A stretch of DNA of 64,000 bases from Massalongia carnosa (GCA_965645245.1 OZ287072.1:1-64000), one strand, 5' to 3'. Positions 1-12,106 are shown, counted from the stretch's first letter. Made by a program: numbers and translations. The notes: generated by a model from the letters alone, not told the origin.

Positions 1-166
1 CCCTAACCCTAACCCTAACCCTAACCCTAACCCTAACCCTAACCCTAACCCTAACCCTAACCCTAACCCTAACCCTAACCCTAACCCTAACCCTAACCCT
101 AACCCTAACCCTAACCCTAACCCTAACCCTAACCCTAACCCTAACCCTAACCCTAACCCTAACCCT
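1..166 (+). repeat. Telomeric repeat (CCCTAA)n, chromosome end
   Basis: 27 perfect CCCTAA units plus CCCT from base 1; TTAGGG is the usual filamentous-ascomycete telomere repeat. Confidence 0.99.
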
Positions 167-637
167 GAGCACTGCTGCTGCCTCGAGATAGGCTGCCGAC
201 TCCTCCAAGCGTGCCGTGACCTCCACATCATAGTCTGCGTCTTCAGTATTTGTCACCTCCTCTGTGCGTATTTTCTCTACTTGTTGAACGATTTCGGGTT
301 CCTCGTGTAGGGAATTTGGAGTTGCAGTTCGAGAGGGATTATCCCTAGTATGCTTCGGGCTCAAGCTCTTCCTCACAGTCTTCCGTTATATCGCGATCCG
401 GAGGGATTGGTATATGGAGGCTGGTTCGCAGACCAATGGCTGGCAGGCTGTCACTAGGGATATTGGATATAGGTAGAGGCTCGTAGGCACAGAGTCGACG
501 GGACCTGCAAGACCAACTGGGCGCGAAAGATTGTGGTAATAACCTTGACTCTGCCGTCTCTTGGCCGCTACAGCTTCATGAGTAGAGTACTTTCGAGGCC
601 TACCACATAATTTTTTCAATGACTCCGTAGAAGGCAT
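167..637 (-). pseudogene. Frameshifted ORF with AT-hook-like GRPRKY motif, cut by the telomere
   Basis: MPSTESLKKLCGRPRKYST... followed in other frames by YEPLPISNIP... and an acidic stretch that runs into the telomere repeats. Confidence 0.45.
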
Positions 638-908
638 GATCGAGGAAGAGTGACGCTGAGCAGTCGAAGTTCTAGAGATGAGGAATTTAGGAAAAAACCC
701 TAATTCGGTTAGCGCGGTAGGTGACACGAGAAAAGAAGGGTTGCTAAGAATGTAAAATCAATGACAGGTCTAAGTTACCGATCGCATGATCTCATCGCAT
801 GGTCACATTATTCACATCATCGCATGATCGATCACTTCTCGTAGTTAGGATTAGGATTCGCATGAGAAATACAGGAAAAAACCCGAATTCGGTTAGCGCG
901 GTATAGTG
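167..908 (-). mobile_element. Truncated CACTA-like DNA transposon end
   Basis: Minus strand starts CACTATACCGCG at 908; a ~31-bp motif (aggaaaaaaccc.aattcggttagcgcggta) occurs at ~689-719 and ~872-903; the other end is replaced by telomere. Confidence 0.5.
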
Positions 909-3021
909 CTCCGGCAGAATATTGTGACATGACTTCTCCTCTTTGAATCATCACCACTCAACCAACAACGCTTACAATGGTTAACGACTGAATGAGAATG
1001 ATGATTGAAGTCATTGCCGATCGATTGCGCCGAAAAAATCCACCACTTGTGTTCTAACCTTAACCCCGGATTCCGACATCATGACTATATTTTCGGGTTC
1101 CATGGACTCGGTAGGTAATGTATCCCATCTTTGAATGTAGCGTCTTCATAAATTCGTAAGTTCTTGACCCTAATGACCTTGTAGTCTTTTTCCATAAAGA
1201 CGCGATAGATGGTGCTTCTGTCATATCTACACAGGATTCCTTTCTGAGCCCTCGGAGAAAATTTAGCAGCCTTGCTGTTTATTCCTTTTCGCTCTTCTTC
1301 GTGAATTATTGCACAGACTGTAGATCCGAGAATTCTCAGGTGATCCAGCTTAGGTGACTTCTTCTCGAAGATCTCATACGGGGTTTTACCTGCTAAGGCG
1401 TTGGTTGGTCTGAAGTTCTTGGTGTGAACCATGGCTAGAACCACTTCTGCCTACAAGTAGTCTAGAATGTCTCTAGCAATGACACTGCATCTTGTCATGT
1501 CTATGATAGTTCTGCCTATTCGTTCCGCGACTCCGTTTTCATCTTGAGAGTATGGAGCAGCTGTTTCAAACGTTATACCTTGTTCCAAGGACCAAACGTC
1601 TGACTTGTGACTTCGAAGCTCCGCGCCGAAGTCAGTGCGAAAACTGCTTATAAGTTTAGCCTTTCCGGATTTGTTTTGAGCCATGCTGTAGTATATCAAC
1701 AAGTGATCAAACCATTCACTCTTCTTGTGTCCGGTATAGACATGAGTGTATCTGCTAGCATCACAGGTGAAAGGAAAGAGCTAAAGTTCTTCAAGAAGTC
1801 CTGGTGGCTTGATTAGTCCCACTAGGTCAGAGTTTATCTTTTGAAAGAGCTCTGTGGCCTTTTATTGCCGTGTTCGGTAATATATCTTTTTGGCTTTTCC
1901 CATTTCGCATGCATGGCAAAACCAACCGTGGTTGATATCGTCATCGTACGTTAAGTCTAGCGTTTTCAGATATTTTCGACACGTTGCTATGTTGAGATGA
2001 CCAAGCCTTCCATGCCATGTAGTGAGTTTTGATTTGACAGATAATGACGTCCAGTCCTTGATAGGTGTCCTCGTCTACTTTGCTCAAATGCATCCTCAAA
2101 TCCGGAGTGTAAATAGTCGTTGAAATGTTGGTTGATATATGAGATAAGTCCGCCTTCGTTTCTAACGAGGTAGTCTTTTGTTCCTTTGCTCTTCCGGATT
2201 CGAGCGAACTTTTATGTCTTTTTAACTGTGGAAACTTCTGCAAACAGGTATCTAGCCAATGACGAGTGTTCTTTCTCTTGACACATTAGGAGAAGGTACA
2301 GTTCCTTGATGGGGCTCGACCTCTTGAGTCAGGTGTGCTGATATGAAGTGCCTTGGTGATTTTCATGTTGACATAGTAAGCAATAATGGTCTTCATTGCT
2401 TCCGACAGATTTGTGGTTTCGTATGTTCAATCTCGTCGAAGTTGGGCTATCAATGGGGATTAGACGTCTGGTGTTACCCAGCATCATTCCCTTAAATATA
2501 AACTCCACGGTATGCACATCCAATTTGGCCTTGTCGTCCAGCATTCCTTTAATCTTGTTTAAAGCGCTCTCGTAATATGCACTGTATAGACTGGTCGTCT
2601 CGAAGTCGGTCATCTTCTTGGAACTAACCTTCAGAATGTTGTCGCTCATTCTCATTGGTGCTATATCTTGGAATCTATCCTTCAGGATTATCCTCATTTC
2701 TGCCACATTCTTGTTGTCGATGAGGCTGTAATGGCACTCCGCAACTAATCCGTGAATGATTCTTATAGCCTTAGTCATCTCGGCCTTCTGTCTATTCTTC
2801 TAGTCACGCAGTTCTTTTACCAAGATGCTGACTGAAAGACCTTTGGCGTCGAAGCCTGCTTGTATTAAACCTTCCTCGATGGTTTCAGCGGTGATTTCTG
2901 ATTGATTCTCCAGAATGGCTCCTTCGCAGTTGTTCTTGAGCAGAATGCCCTTCGTATAGCTTGCCCATGCCGAATATCTTTCGGCTTTCTCCAAAAGATG
3001 TGACGTATCTATGATAGACAT
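909..3021 (-). pseudogene. Copia gag-integrase polyprotein remnants
   Basis: ORF pieces 2800-3021, 2329-2778, 1451-1702 and 1085-1444 carry copia gag and rve motifs, broken by stops and frameshifts. Confidence 0.85.
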
Positions 3022-3505
3022 AATGGGAGAATGGGGAGCAATTGAACAAGGCGAGAAACTTAGTAGTGACTTGAAGAATGTGGATCTGTGACCTTTCTTA
3101 TAGACAAGGAAAAAACAGTCCCTCCTTAGCCAGTGTCTACTCTGATGTCTCAACAGAGAAACCTGTTAGCTTAACATGCTTGTTTGCCATGATGAGAATT
3201 TCAACTCCGGCTTTTTCAAGGGTCCAATTGACCAAAAGCAATTTGATTTTTCCAATTTGATTAAACCGGCCTTAGGCCCGTTAGATAATAAGAGGCAACT
3301 GCCGCACAATCTCATCTAGTGCCTTAAGGAGGCATAATTGCCAAAAAGAAAGGTCTTTGTGCCTTCGATCAATGAGTTTACTAAGCTCTTTGATGTCCGA
3401 GGGATTTTGTATTTTTTGCGTGTCCAGAACTCAACCACGGGTGAACTGACGCTTTGATGATTTTTGAACCAATGGGGCGCTCAGGGCCAGCGATTTACTT
3501 TTTTT

Positions 3506-3958
3506 GCCTTCGACAATCGAGCTTAGCGAGCTCTTTTGGTGTCCGAGGACTTCGGTGCCTTCGACAATCGAAATTAGCGAGCTCTTTGGTGCCCGAGGAC
3601 TTCGGTGCCTTCGACCATCGAGCTTAGCGGGCTCTTTGGTATCCGAGGACTTGAGCGCCTTCGACCATCGAGCTTAGCAAGCTCTTTGGTGTCCGAGGAC
3701 TTGGGTGCCTTCGACCGTCGAGCGTAGCAAGCTCTTCTGGTGTCCGAGGACTTGGGTGCCTTCGACCATCGAGCTTAGCAAGCTCTTTGGTGTCCGAGGG
3801 CTAGAGTGCCTTCGACCATCGGGCTTAGCAAGCTCTTTGGTGTCCGAGGACTTGAGTGCATTCGACCATCGAGCTTAACAAGCTCTTTGGTATCCGAGGA
3901 CTTGAGTGCCTTCGACCATCGAGCTTAGCAAGCTCTTTGGTATCCGAGGGCTTCGGTG
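3506..3958. repeat. 50-bp tandem repeat (~9 copies) in the copia A leader
   Basis: Unit gtgccttcgaccatcgagcttagcaagctctttggtgtccgaggacttga; agctctttgg recurs at 3781, 3831, 3881, 3931; degenerate copy at ~3359-3402. Confidence 0.92.
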
Positions 3959-4479
3959 TAGTACGATCAATGTGTTCATGCTCTTTCTAACACGCAGTTT
4001 TTATGCTTCTGACAAGAAATCGCTGTGTACAGAAGAGAGAACTGATTGATGTGATTTAAGGGATCGTTTCTAAAGACAAAGAAAGATTTTGGTCATGTGT
4101 CTACGATTCATTGATAGGAACGATGCTTAGCTGATTGCACTGCGAAGCTGCGGATTAAAAGTTTCGATTCGTTTAAATCGATAGCACCCTTCCGGGCTCA
4201 TAACCTGTTGAAATAGGTGTATGACTATGGCTATATGGCTACGTAATAATAAAGGTATGTATGACCGTGATGTTAAGGATGAAGAGTTGCTAGGCAGCAA
4301 TCTTTTCCTAATACTGGTCACCCCCTTCTAAGCGAGGTGATCTTATCTTATCTTGGGACTAAGCCTAATGCGGCATCTACGGTTTCCGTAGATGATCTGT
4401 CCATCTAGGGCAGCCGTAGGTGCTATATTTATCGTACTGATAGGTGTTCATTGTGCTAGTAGGAATTGGATATTCAACA

Positions 4480-5090
4480 CTATACGTTTTTGTTAGCAGG
4501 CGCCCAATTTCTCACTGTTCTAAGCTACAGCCTACCGTCGCCCTATCCACCTGTGAGGCCGAATATATGGCCCTGAAGGAAGCAGCTAAAGAGGCCATTT
4601 GGTCCGCGCGATTTCTGGCCGAGTTAGGATATCGGAAGAAGGACACCCCTGTCCTACTTCGAGGTGACAATCAAGGGTCAATTGCATTGGCTGAAAACCC
4701 CGAATTCCACCGTCGAACCAAGCACATCGAAATCAAATGGCATTGGATACGGGAGGTAGTTGAATTGGGGAAGGTAAAAATGAAATTTATCTCGACCAAA
4801 GAGATGGTGGCAGACGGGTTTACGAAGCCCCTGGCCGCTAAACCCTTTGAGGACTTTAAGACGATTCTTGGCATAGACTAAGCCTAAAGAGCAAATAAAT
4901 TCCCGAATAGCCTCAAAGATGGCTAAATGGGAGTGTTAAATGCTCGACAAGCCGGCCCGCTAGTCCCATGGCAAGCTGGTTTAGTTCGCTGTATGTTAGC
5001 TCACAATCCCACGCGCGCACACGGCTGGTGCGCTAGGCTGAGCCTGTGCCTGCTCTTCAATCATATTGTGGACGCATCGCTCGACTGACA
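4480..5090 (+). mobile_element. Ty1/copia retrotransposon B, 3' remnant (RNase H + 3' LTR)
   Basis: SKLQPTVALSTCEAEY...DNQGSIALAENPEFHRRTKHI...MVADGFTKPL; purine tract then TG...CA LTR at 4934-5090. Confidence 0.9.
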
Positions 5091-7042
5091 CTGGAATAAT
5101 GCTATTCCATTCCCATATCTCTTTTGAGGTCTTTCTGTGTGACCATCTTGATCTCCTTTAACGTCCGGTTAGAATTCGCATTGTCAAACTGGCCTATTAC
5201 AGATTCAAGTCGCTCTAGTAAATTCTGTACCACCCACAGCTCGATCACCCTTGAGTTAAAGCTGGCTGAAGCTGTAATGTTGTCTGCGTCAAGCCGTATC
5301 TCAAGCATAAGAGCATATGTGCTGAATCACTGTTGTTGGCTGCTATCCTGCCACTTTCCAAGCAGATCCTGGGTAGAGTCATTATCCTGCAGCTAAATGA
5401 CAAGCAGCGTTTAGAACATGCACGATTACTTACTATCAGGGCCCGTCTTGGCAATTTGATGCAAGCCAGTCTGCTCAAAAGGGATCATATCTATTGCTTG
5501 TCGTTGTTCTGCCTCCAAATATTCTGAAACTCTTTGGTTGCTGGCTACCTTTATGCGAACTGGAGCCGTGGCGATTGTTGGGCCTGCCATCTCATCAATG
5601 CCAACAACAGGCGCGTTCCTTCCAGACACTGTGACGCCAAACAAAACATTATCTGAGTCTGTCATATGGCTAGTGACCAAGGCCCATGTAGCGCGGATAA
5701 CCGTTAATGTTGTAATATCCAGAGCATTCCGGGCGAGCGGCTGACCTATCTCCATAGACTCTTTTCTGTCAGCTTGGAGATACTCATTTAGTCCTGTTGC
5801 CTCAATCCAATGGATGTCTTCGTCCAAGACCACCTGCAAAAGGCCAATATCATTGTGCTGAACAATTCTTGTACGCAAGATTTCTATTGTCCCGGCTACT
5901 TTCTTCCATGCATTGTAGAAAGCCCTGATTGTGCTGTCTGAAGATAATTCTAGGGTACTTTGCATAATGTAGTCTCCTGATCGCTTTGATGACAGAGACA
6001 AAAGACCTTCTGGAAGTGGAGTGTATTGATATGCGTCCTCAATAGTAGCTGGGTCTAATTGACACTGAATCGAAATATTCTGGATGAGCAAGGTGATATC
6101 AAAGCTGTTACCCAGAAGAGAAAATGGTATGATATACTCCAGAAGGTCATCCGCTAAACCAAGCCCCTGGTGTGCCACATGCTCCAACCGAGGATGGCGG
6201 AAGATGTTTGTCATTGCTAGTTTGACGCCAATCTTTTGAGCCTCACTCACAAGTTTCATTGCTGCAATTGAGTCACCTCCAAGCCGGAAGAAACTATCGT
6301 CAAGCTCAATGGTCGTCGGGTTAATGATGAGCACCTGGCCCTATATCCTCTGCGTCTGCCACTCTTCCTCTGACTTCGGCTGCCTCTTTTTGTCTTGTCC
6401 AGCTGTTGAACAGAGAATGACCCACCAATCTCACACAGTCGTCTCCAGTTTATCTTTCCTGTGACTGTCATAGGTAGCTCCCTCATGGAAAAAAATACTG
6501 TTGGCACCATATACCTCGGTAGATGCTTTGCCAGCTTGTCCTCTACATCAGCTGTAATGAGAAGAATATTAGCCATGGTAGACTCTGCCTCGATGGTTTC
6601 TGTCACATTGTAGTTTATCTTGGCGAACGCCGCTAACACTAGGCTTAGATTCTCCCCTAGCGGCATAATGACTTCAACCACAACCTGTCTCGCTTGCGGT
6701 AGGCACTCCTGCACGCGGTACTCAACCTCTCCAAGCTCAACTCGTTGTCCGCGGATCTTAACTTGTGCATCTTTTCGGCCAATGAACGTCAGGCTCCCAT
6801 CTTTGTTGTACCGCACCAGGTCACTTGTCTTATAGAGTCGTCCATATCGTTCTAGCCGACCCGGCGCCTCTTGCAGTAGCCATGCTGGGTCCTCAAAAAA
6901 CGCGGCTGCAGTCTTCCCTGGATCGTTTAGGTAGCTCTGGAAGATAAGTGGCCCTTCAAGCAGTAGCTCACCGATGCATCCGAGCGGGAGTAGATTACCG
7001 TAATTATCTGGATCCACAACCCAAGCTACCAGCAGGCCCGCG
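5091..7042 (-). pseudogene. NRPS fragment (A-domain C-terminal half, T, C), frameshifted
   Basis: GELLLEGP, RLYKTSDL, GRKDAQVKIRGQRVELGEVE (A); FFRLGGDSIAAMKL (T); FGVTVSGRNAPV...GPTIAT (C); frameshifts; TE junctions at both ends. Confidence 0.9.
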
Positions 7043-7783
7043 GCGGGATGTCCTTCCCAAGCCGTGTACGGCCAAGCCCTCACCCGCGTTTTCGAGGGCG
7101 CACAGGACTCTGGGAGGGTCGTAGCAGCCAATACCGCCTAGGAGGTGGGCTTGGGCTTGATGGGTGTAAGGTTTTGGTCCAGGCGCTCCCGTCTTCTCCC
7201 AGCGAGCATTTTATTTGAAACAGTAAATGAGAAGGCAAGGATCATAGAGATATTTAAAGGCAGTAAGCTGACCAGGGAGAGCTTCGAATTCGATCAAGCG
7301 CTCGTAAAACTTCACAGCAACGACCGGGCCCAAAAGACAAGGCCGATGAACGTGCGAATATACTGATGCGGACCGTCAACGGCGCAGCTACTTCATGATC
7401 CGTCGGACGAACCGCTGGCGCTGTGCGTGATTCAGGAACGAAGGGGCCGGTGTCAACATGACGGAATCGACGAAAGCGCTCGCCACGAAAGAAGGGCTCG
7501 GAGGAAATCATCCGAACGTTCGTGACAGCATCATCGCGATCAGATAGGTTTGAAGGATTTTCACGATGGGAGTTCATGCTTACTGTTGACTAGCAGGAAT
7601 GCAAAGGCGTCAGAATAGACAAGGTTTCTTACTTCTGAGCATGCCATTTTTGCTAACTTGCTTCGGGCACTCTGGGCTAGCTCCCGGCGCAGTTTTAGCA
7701 CCGAGCTAGAGACCCTGAGAGCTACTCGCAATCGCTTACGGTAGTACTGTACAAGGTACAAGGTTCTATAAATTTAGCTACGT

Positions 7784-10168
7784 TGTGAAGGGATAAACTG
7801 GGTGGTGGCGAACGATAGAAGGATGAAACAAACAAACAAATGACCGAATCAACAGAGCCTCACTGCATCGATGAATTAATCGTCATGCCCATCAATGGCC
7901 GACTAGCTGTATGAATGAAAGTGTCTATGATAGCTGTATGTGTTGATAGCAGTATGATCCGAAGATGGATATCCCGAAAGATGAGAAGGAAAGTTTGAGA
8001 AAAAGACTCATATAACCGGAACGCCAAGACGCCAGCACCCGACCACATGACCATTCACCTGACTCATCACCTCACTTGCCACCGACCCGGTGGAGTTCCA
8101 CTCCACCCCTCCACATAGGTCCCCGGTTGACATAGGTGTCGTCCCATGACACCGAGTCTAGACTTCGCTCCCCCGCATTTCTCCTTTCAGCTAGTCCATT
8201 AGACGTTCTTGTCTGTTCTAGCTCATGACCGCTGTGTCGAATCCCCAAGCATGATTGACCTCAACACCTGTCAATTTGCTAACGTTATTCATGACACTAG
8301 CAATTTGTTTCCAGCCCTCAGGAGTTGAAACATATCGTACAAACCTCTTCTGATTGGCCGAGCAGTCCTGCTCTGACTGCTTGTAGTTAGCTCGTAGGTG
8401 AGGTGGTACGTACGCACCCGTCTGTCGCGGTTGGTCAGGGCCCATAAGCAAAGGTCCGAATACGCTGCGTTGAGGTATCGGGGTCGGAGATGTTGTTGAC
8501 TGCTGATTTAACAGGCCGGGCCTGTTAAATGGAGTGGAGCTACTTTGTTCCGGCCATGATCTCTGCTGTTGCTGTTGCCGACGGTCCACTCTTGCCTGCC
8601 TGGCGCGTTCCGACTGCCATGGCCCCGATGGGAGCGGAGCAGCTGTCCGACGAAGAGGGGGCGTGGGCCCGGAAGTCTTGCTCGGTGGTGCTCTGCTTGC
8701 TAGTCGTCCGCTTGGTGAATGGGTCACACGGTTGGCTGAAACAGAGGCTTCAGAGCGGGGTGGAGGAGATGGGCTAGCTGAACCACGTGTATCATGAGCC
8801 TTGTCACGATCGGTCTGCATGCGACGTTGAAGCACCTGATTCTTAAGTTCTAGCAAAATCTTTGCTCCCTCGTCCGTTTCTAGCATAAATTTTGCCAAGA
8901 GCGGGTCTAAATGCATCAGGGCTTCATTGACCGACATCTCCGTCATTCGGCTTATCGGAGTAACTAGCGCCATGGCCTTGATTAGAAGATAATCAAGCAT
9001 CAGCGAGAATATTACGGTGTCGACAGCGGGCGAAGACGAAGCTGATTGATCAGAAGATGATGAATCAGGCATGATGATCGGTGCAGGCATGGCAGAATTG
9101 GTGGCTGGAACGGTGACAGGTGAATCAATAGGCTGAGCACCAGAAGTCTCACAGACGTCAGGGTTGATGTCGGTCATCCGGTCCTCTTCGGCCCGCGCTA
9201 GTGCAGCACCTAAATCAGAGTCTGAATACGAATATGCCATTTTTGGCCTTTCCAGCTCAGACGCAGAAGACTCGGTGATTGACACGGTGTCATGTGGCTC
9301 GGTCACAGGCTCGGTCGGCGGCGGACTAGTGGTGGGTGGTGTCATGGACGCTGCTTGGCAGTTGTTCAACCATTCCTCCATGTTCGCAACAGATATGATA
9401 GGTGCCACTAAGGCACACGAGTCGGATGATGACGTTGCTGCCCTGTTCGCGGTCGCAGCCGCACTTGCCCAGCAGCAGAAGGTGATGCACGAGGTGACGG
9501 CCGTCAGTGCAGCAAGGATGAGGATAAGCCAGTCCCAGGAATGTACATCTGGTTGGCAGGTCGTCGGTGATAGAATGGTGGTGGTGGTGGTGGTCGCGGT
9601 GATTAAAAGGGAAAGATGAATTGGGGCCATCGTGTGCTCGGCCCAGTGCTCAATTTTATACACTCTGTCGCGTACTCGATCTCGGTCGCAGTCTCAGTGC
9701 TCGTGCTCGTGTCTCGTGTCTCGTGCCTCGTGTTCAGTGCTCAATTTCTAGCCTCGTGCTCGTGCTTAAGAGGTTAATGATGTTCAAATGTTCTTGCTCA
9801 GGTCCTACTACTTCCGATCGCACCGTGGTCGCCAAATGTGAAGGGATAAACTGGGTGGTGGCGAACGATAGAAGGATGAAACAAACAAACAAATGACCGA
9901 ATCAACAGAGCCTCACTGCATCGATGAATTAATCGTCATGCCCATCAATGGCCGACTAGCTGTATGAATGAAAGTGTCTATGATAGCTGTATGTGTTGAT
10001 AGCAGTATGATCCGAAGATGGATATCCCGAAAGATGAGAAGGAAAGTTTGAGAAAAAGACTCATATAACCGGAACGCCAAGACGCCAGCACCCGACCACA
10101 TGACCATTCACCTGACTCATCACCTCACTTGCCACCGACCCGGTGGAGTTCCACTCCACCCCTCTACA
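7784..10168 (-). mobile_element. Non-autonomous LTR retroelement with a single cargo ORF
   Basis: 332-bp LTRs at 7784-8115 and 9837-10168 (one difference seen), TG...CA ends, 4-bp TSD ACGT, PBS-like TGGCGACCAC next to the 5' LTR; no pol motifs inside. Confidence 0.92.
8218..9630 (-). CDS. Hypothetical 470-aa protein: hydrophobic N-terminus/TM segment, low-complexity body, YVPPHLR motif
   Basis: Uninterrupted ORF filling most of the internal region; first ATG at 9630; WLILILAALTAVTSCITFCCW hydrophobic stretch. Confidence 0.7.
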   Translation of the reverse strand: MAPIHLSLLITATTTTTTILSPTTCQPDVHSWDWLILILAALTAVTSCITFCCWASAAATANRAATSSSDSCALVAPIISVANMEEWLNNCQAASMTPPTTSPPPTEPVTEPHDTVSITESSASELERPKMAYSYSDSDLGAALARAEEDRMTDINPDVCETSGAQPIDSPVTVPATNSAMPAPIIMPDSSSSDQSASSSPAVDTVIFSLMLDYLLIKAMALVTPISRMTEMSVNEALMHLDPLLAKFMLETDEGAKILLELKNQVLQRRMQTDRDKAHDTRGSASPSPPPRSEASVSANRVTHSPSGRLASRAPPSKTSGPTPPLRRTAAPLPSGPWQSERARQARVDRRQQQQQRSWPEQSSSTPFNRPGLLNQQSTTSPTPIPQRSVFGPLLMGPDQPRQTGAYVPPHLRANYKQSEQDCSANQKRFVRYVSTPEGWKQIASVMNNVSKLTGVEVNHAWGFDTAVMS

Positions 10169-10186
10169 ACGTATTCCCAATATATA

Positions 10187-12106
10187 ATCGTGCCAAAAAC
10201 ACTAAACCCCAACCGAGTCAGGGTCTAGTGCCCGACGGTCTACTGACGCATATAGTCTACTGACGCACTTTTCCCATTTTCACTACCATTTCTGCTACAA
10301 ATCAAGGACAACAACGGTTATGCAGAAACTGATTGATTATGACGCTGGTAAAATAGCTTCGCTTGTCTGGGCATCGATCTGGCGATTCTTTTATACCTTT
10401 TGTCCAGGGCAATCTGCTTCTTTTCAGCAGCCAGTGTAGTACGTTCATAGGCCAGTCTGGTCATTTCCACCTCGTTCTGACAACGTTTCGAGGTTTTGGC
10501 CCGTATATCTCCTACAGTTATGACCCCTCCCTTCTGGGCGACCTTTCTATCCAATTTTCTACGGGCCGCCTTCGCGATGGACTGTTGTTGACTGGCTCGA
10601 AGGTCCCGCTCAATAATCTGACGTGCATGCGCATTGGAAATAGAGCCCTTCACAAATCGATTCACATGACAATCCCATTCATTATCCAGCACGTTGTATT
10701 TCTTCAAACTCATTCGAAGGTGTAAGCCATATTCAACCACCTCTTTAGTCGTACGAGGCGTTCTGGCGAGCAGAGGGGCTGACAAAGGTGGGGGCGGGGT
10801 AGCAGGTCTCCGAGTTTGAATTGCCTCCAGCTTTCGAATTACCACTTTGGGGTTATAAGGCACCAGACACGTGTTTCTGAATGACGATAATATGGTAGAT
10901 GAGGTGAATGTTTGATTTCGCATGCGCTGAAAAATGGACAAAAAATCCAGTTTGTCGAAATCTGCCCCTCCGAGTCGCACTATTTCATCAATGCCTTCGG
11001 AATGATAATGATTGAACGGCTGAAAACATCCTACATCCAATGGCTGAGTGAGATGTGTTGAATGAGGAGGCAAACGAAACAATTCAATGTGATTTCGTTT
11101 GGCATATGTAAAAAACTCATATGTCATATGAGATCCATACCCGTCCATGATCAACATACGCCAGGCCCCTACCTGACCCTTTCGACTGTGTTTATCGAAA
11201 TGTTTCAACCAATCAATAGCCAAATCATCATTGGAATAGCCGGTAGGACTAGTAGTTAACAAAACATCGTCATTCAGATCGTTTTGTTGTGTCCACTTTT
11301 CGAGAATCAAAGCCCCCGCGATAATCACCATGGGGGGAATGTTTCGCCCCCCAGCACTAATACACTCACACGAGGTAACATATTCTCTATTATCTGGATC
11401 TGTCAATAGCAAGGGCTTTCTGGAGTGAGTTGATATAACCCAATGAGCCCTGCCACAGCCAATTCGAAAGCCCGTTTCATCAATGTTCCAAACGTCCTCG
11501 TCCGCTAATCCCCGCGTCTTTCGCGCAGTTCGATATGCTTCCAAAATACTCGAGCATCTCCTTTGCATTGTGCGCGTGTTTTCGCTCAGCGGCCAGAGGT
11601 TTTTGTTTTCGCTTGAAAAATTGAGGATGACGATTGAGGAAACGTTTGGTCCAGGCCTCGCTGACGTAAGGGGGGGGAATGGAGGCGTCTAAATGAGCTT
11701 CTCGAAGTAGATAATTAGCAGCCCCCTAAACCATTGAAAACCTGGCTGATTGTTCGGCTTGATCGAGCATCACAATATATTCACAAAGGGCCAATTCTTG
11801 TTCATCAGATAAGGCCTTGTTGGGGCCAGATCGACCGATGCGCGAACCCCCTCCAGCAAGTCGTCTTTGAAGCGTACGAATGTCGACATCGAAATCAATG
11901 GCTACTGCGCGTATACTTCGAAATTCACCTGTGTTCCACGCGTTTCTAGCATCGACAATTTGATCCTCCTTATTAGAATATGAGTTAGGCATGGTGGTGG
12001 TAGATGAAAGACGTGGTGAAAATGGTAGTGAAAATGGGAAAAGTGCGTCAGTAGACCGTCGGGCACTAGACCCTGACTCGGTTGGGGTTTAGTGTTTTGG
12101 CACGAT
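10187..12106 (-). mobile_element. pogo/Fot1-type DNA transposon, disrupted transposase
   Basis: Long TIRs (atcgtgccaaaa.cactaaaccccaaccgagtc...), TA TSD; HTH ORF 11726-11992 and DDE ORF 10318-11568 (NIDETGF, LIMDGYGSH, QPLDVG) separated by a stop/frameshift. Confidence 0.93.

Larger units (their letters stand above)
909..4479 (-). mobile_element. Ty1/copia retrotransposon A, 5' part, degenerate
   Basis: LTR 4206-4479 (TGTTGAA...TTCAACA), PBS GGTTATGAGCCC (4194-4205, minus), gag fragments (2329-3021), integrase fragments (RTDFGAEL, APYSQDENGVAER, KTPYE). Confidence 0.9.

Noticed and set aside
167..3000. Telomere-linked RecQ helicase or telomere-targeted LINE
   Set aside because: No helicase or non-LTR RT motifs; coding remnants are copia-type
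3506..3958. CRISPR-like appearance of the 50-bp and 45-bp arrays
   Set aside because: Head-to-tail repeats without unique spacers, no cas genes, eukaryotic context
7043..7783. Possible LINE ORF1 or gag fragment fused to the NRPS frame
   Set aside because: Only a weak motif in a broken frame; the fusion is a junction artefact and the family cannot be assigned
7860..8054. 64-aa ORF present three times (also 9913 and 21492)
   Set aside because: Lies wholly within copies of one LTR and lacks a convincing start; repetition reflects the LTR
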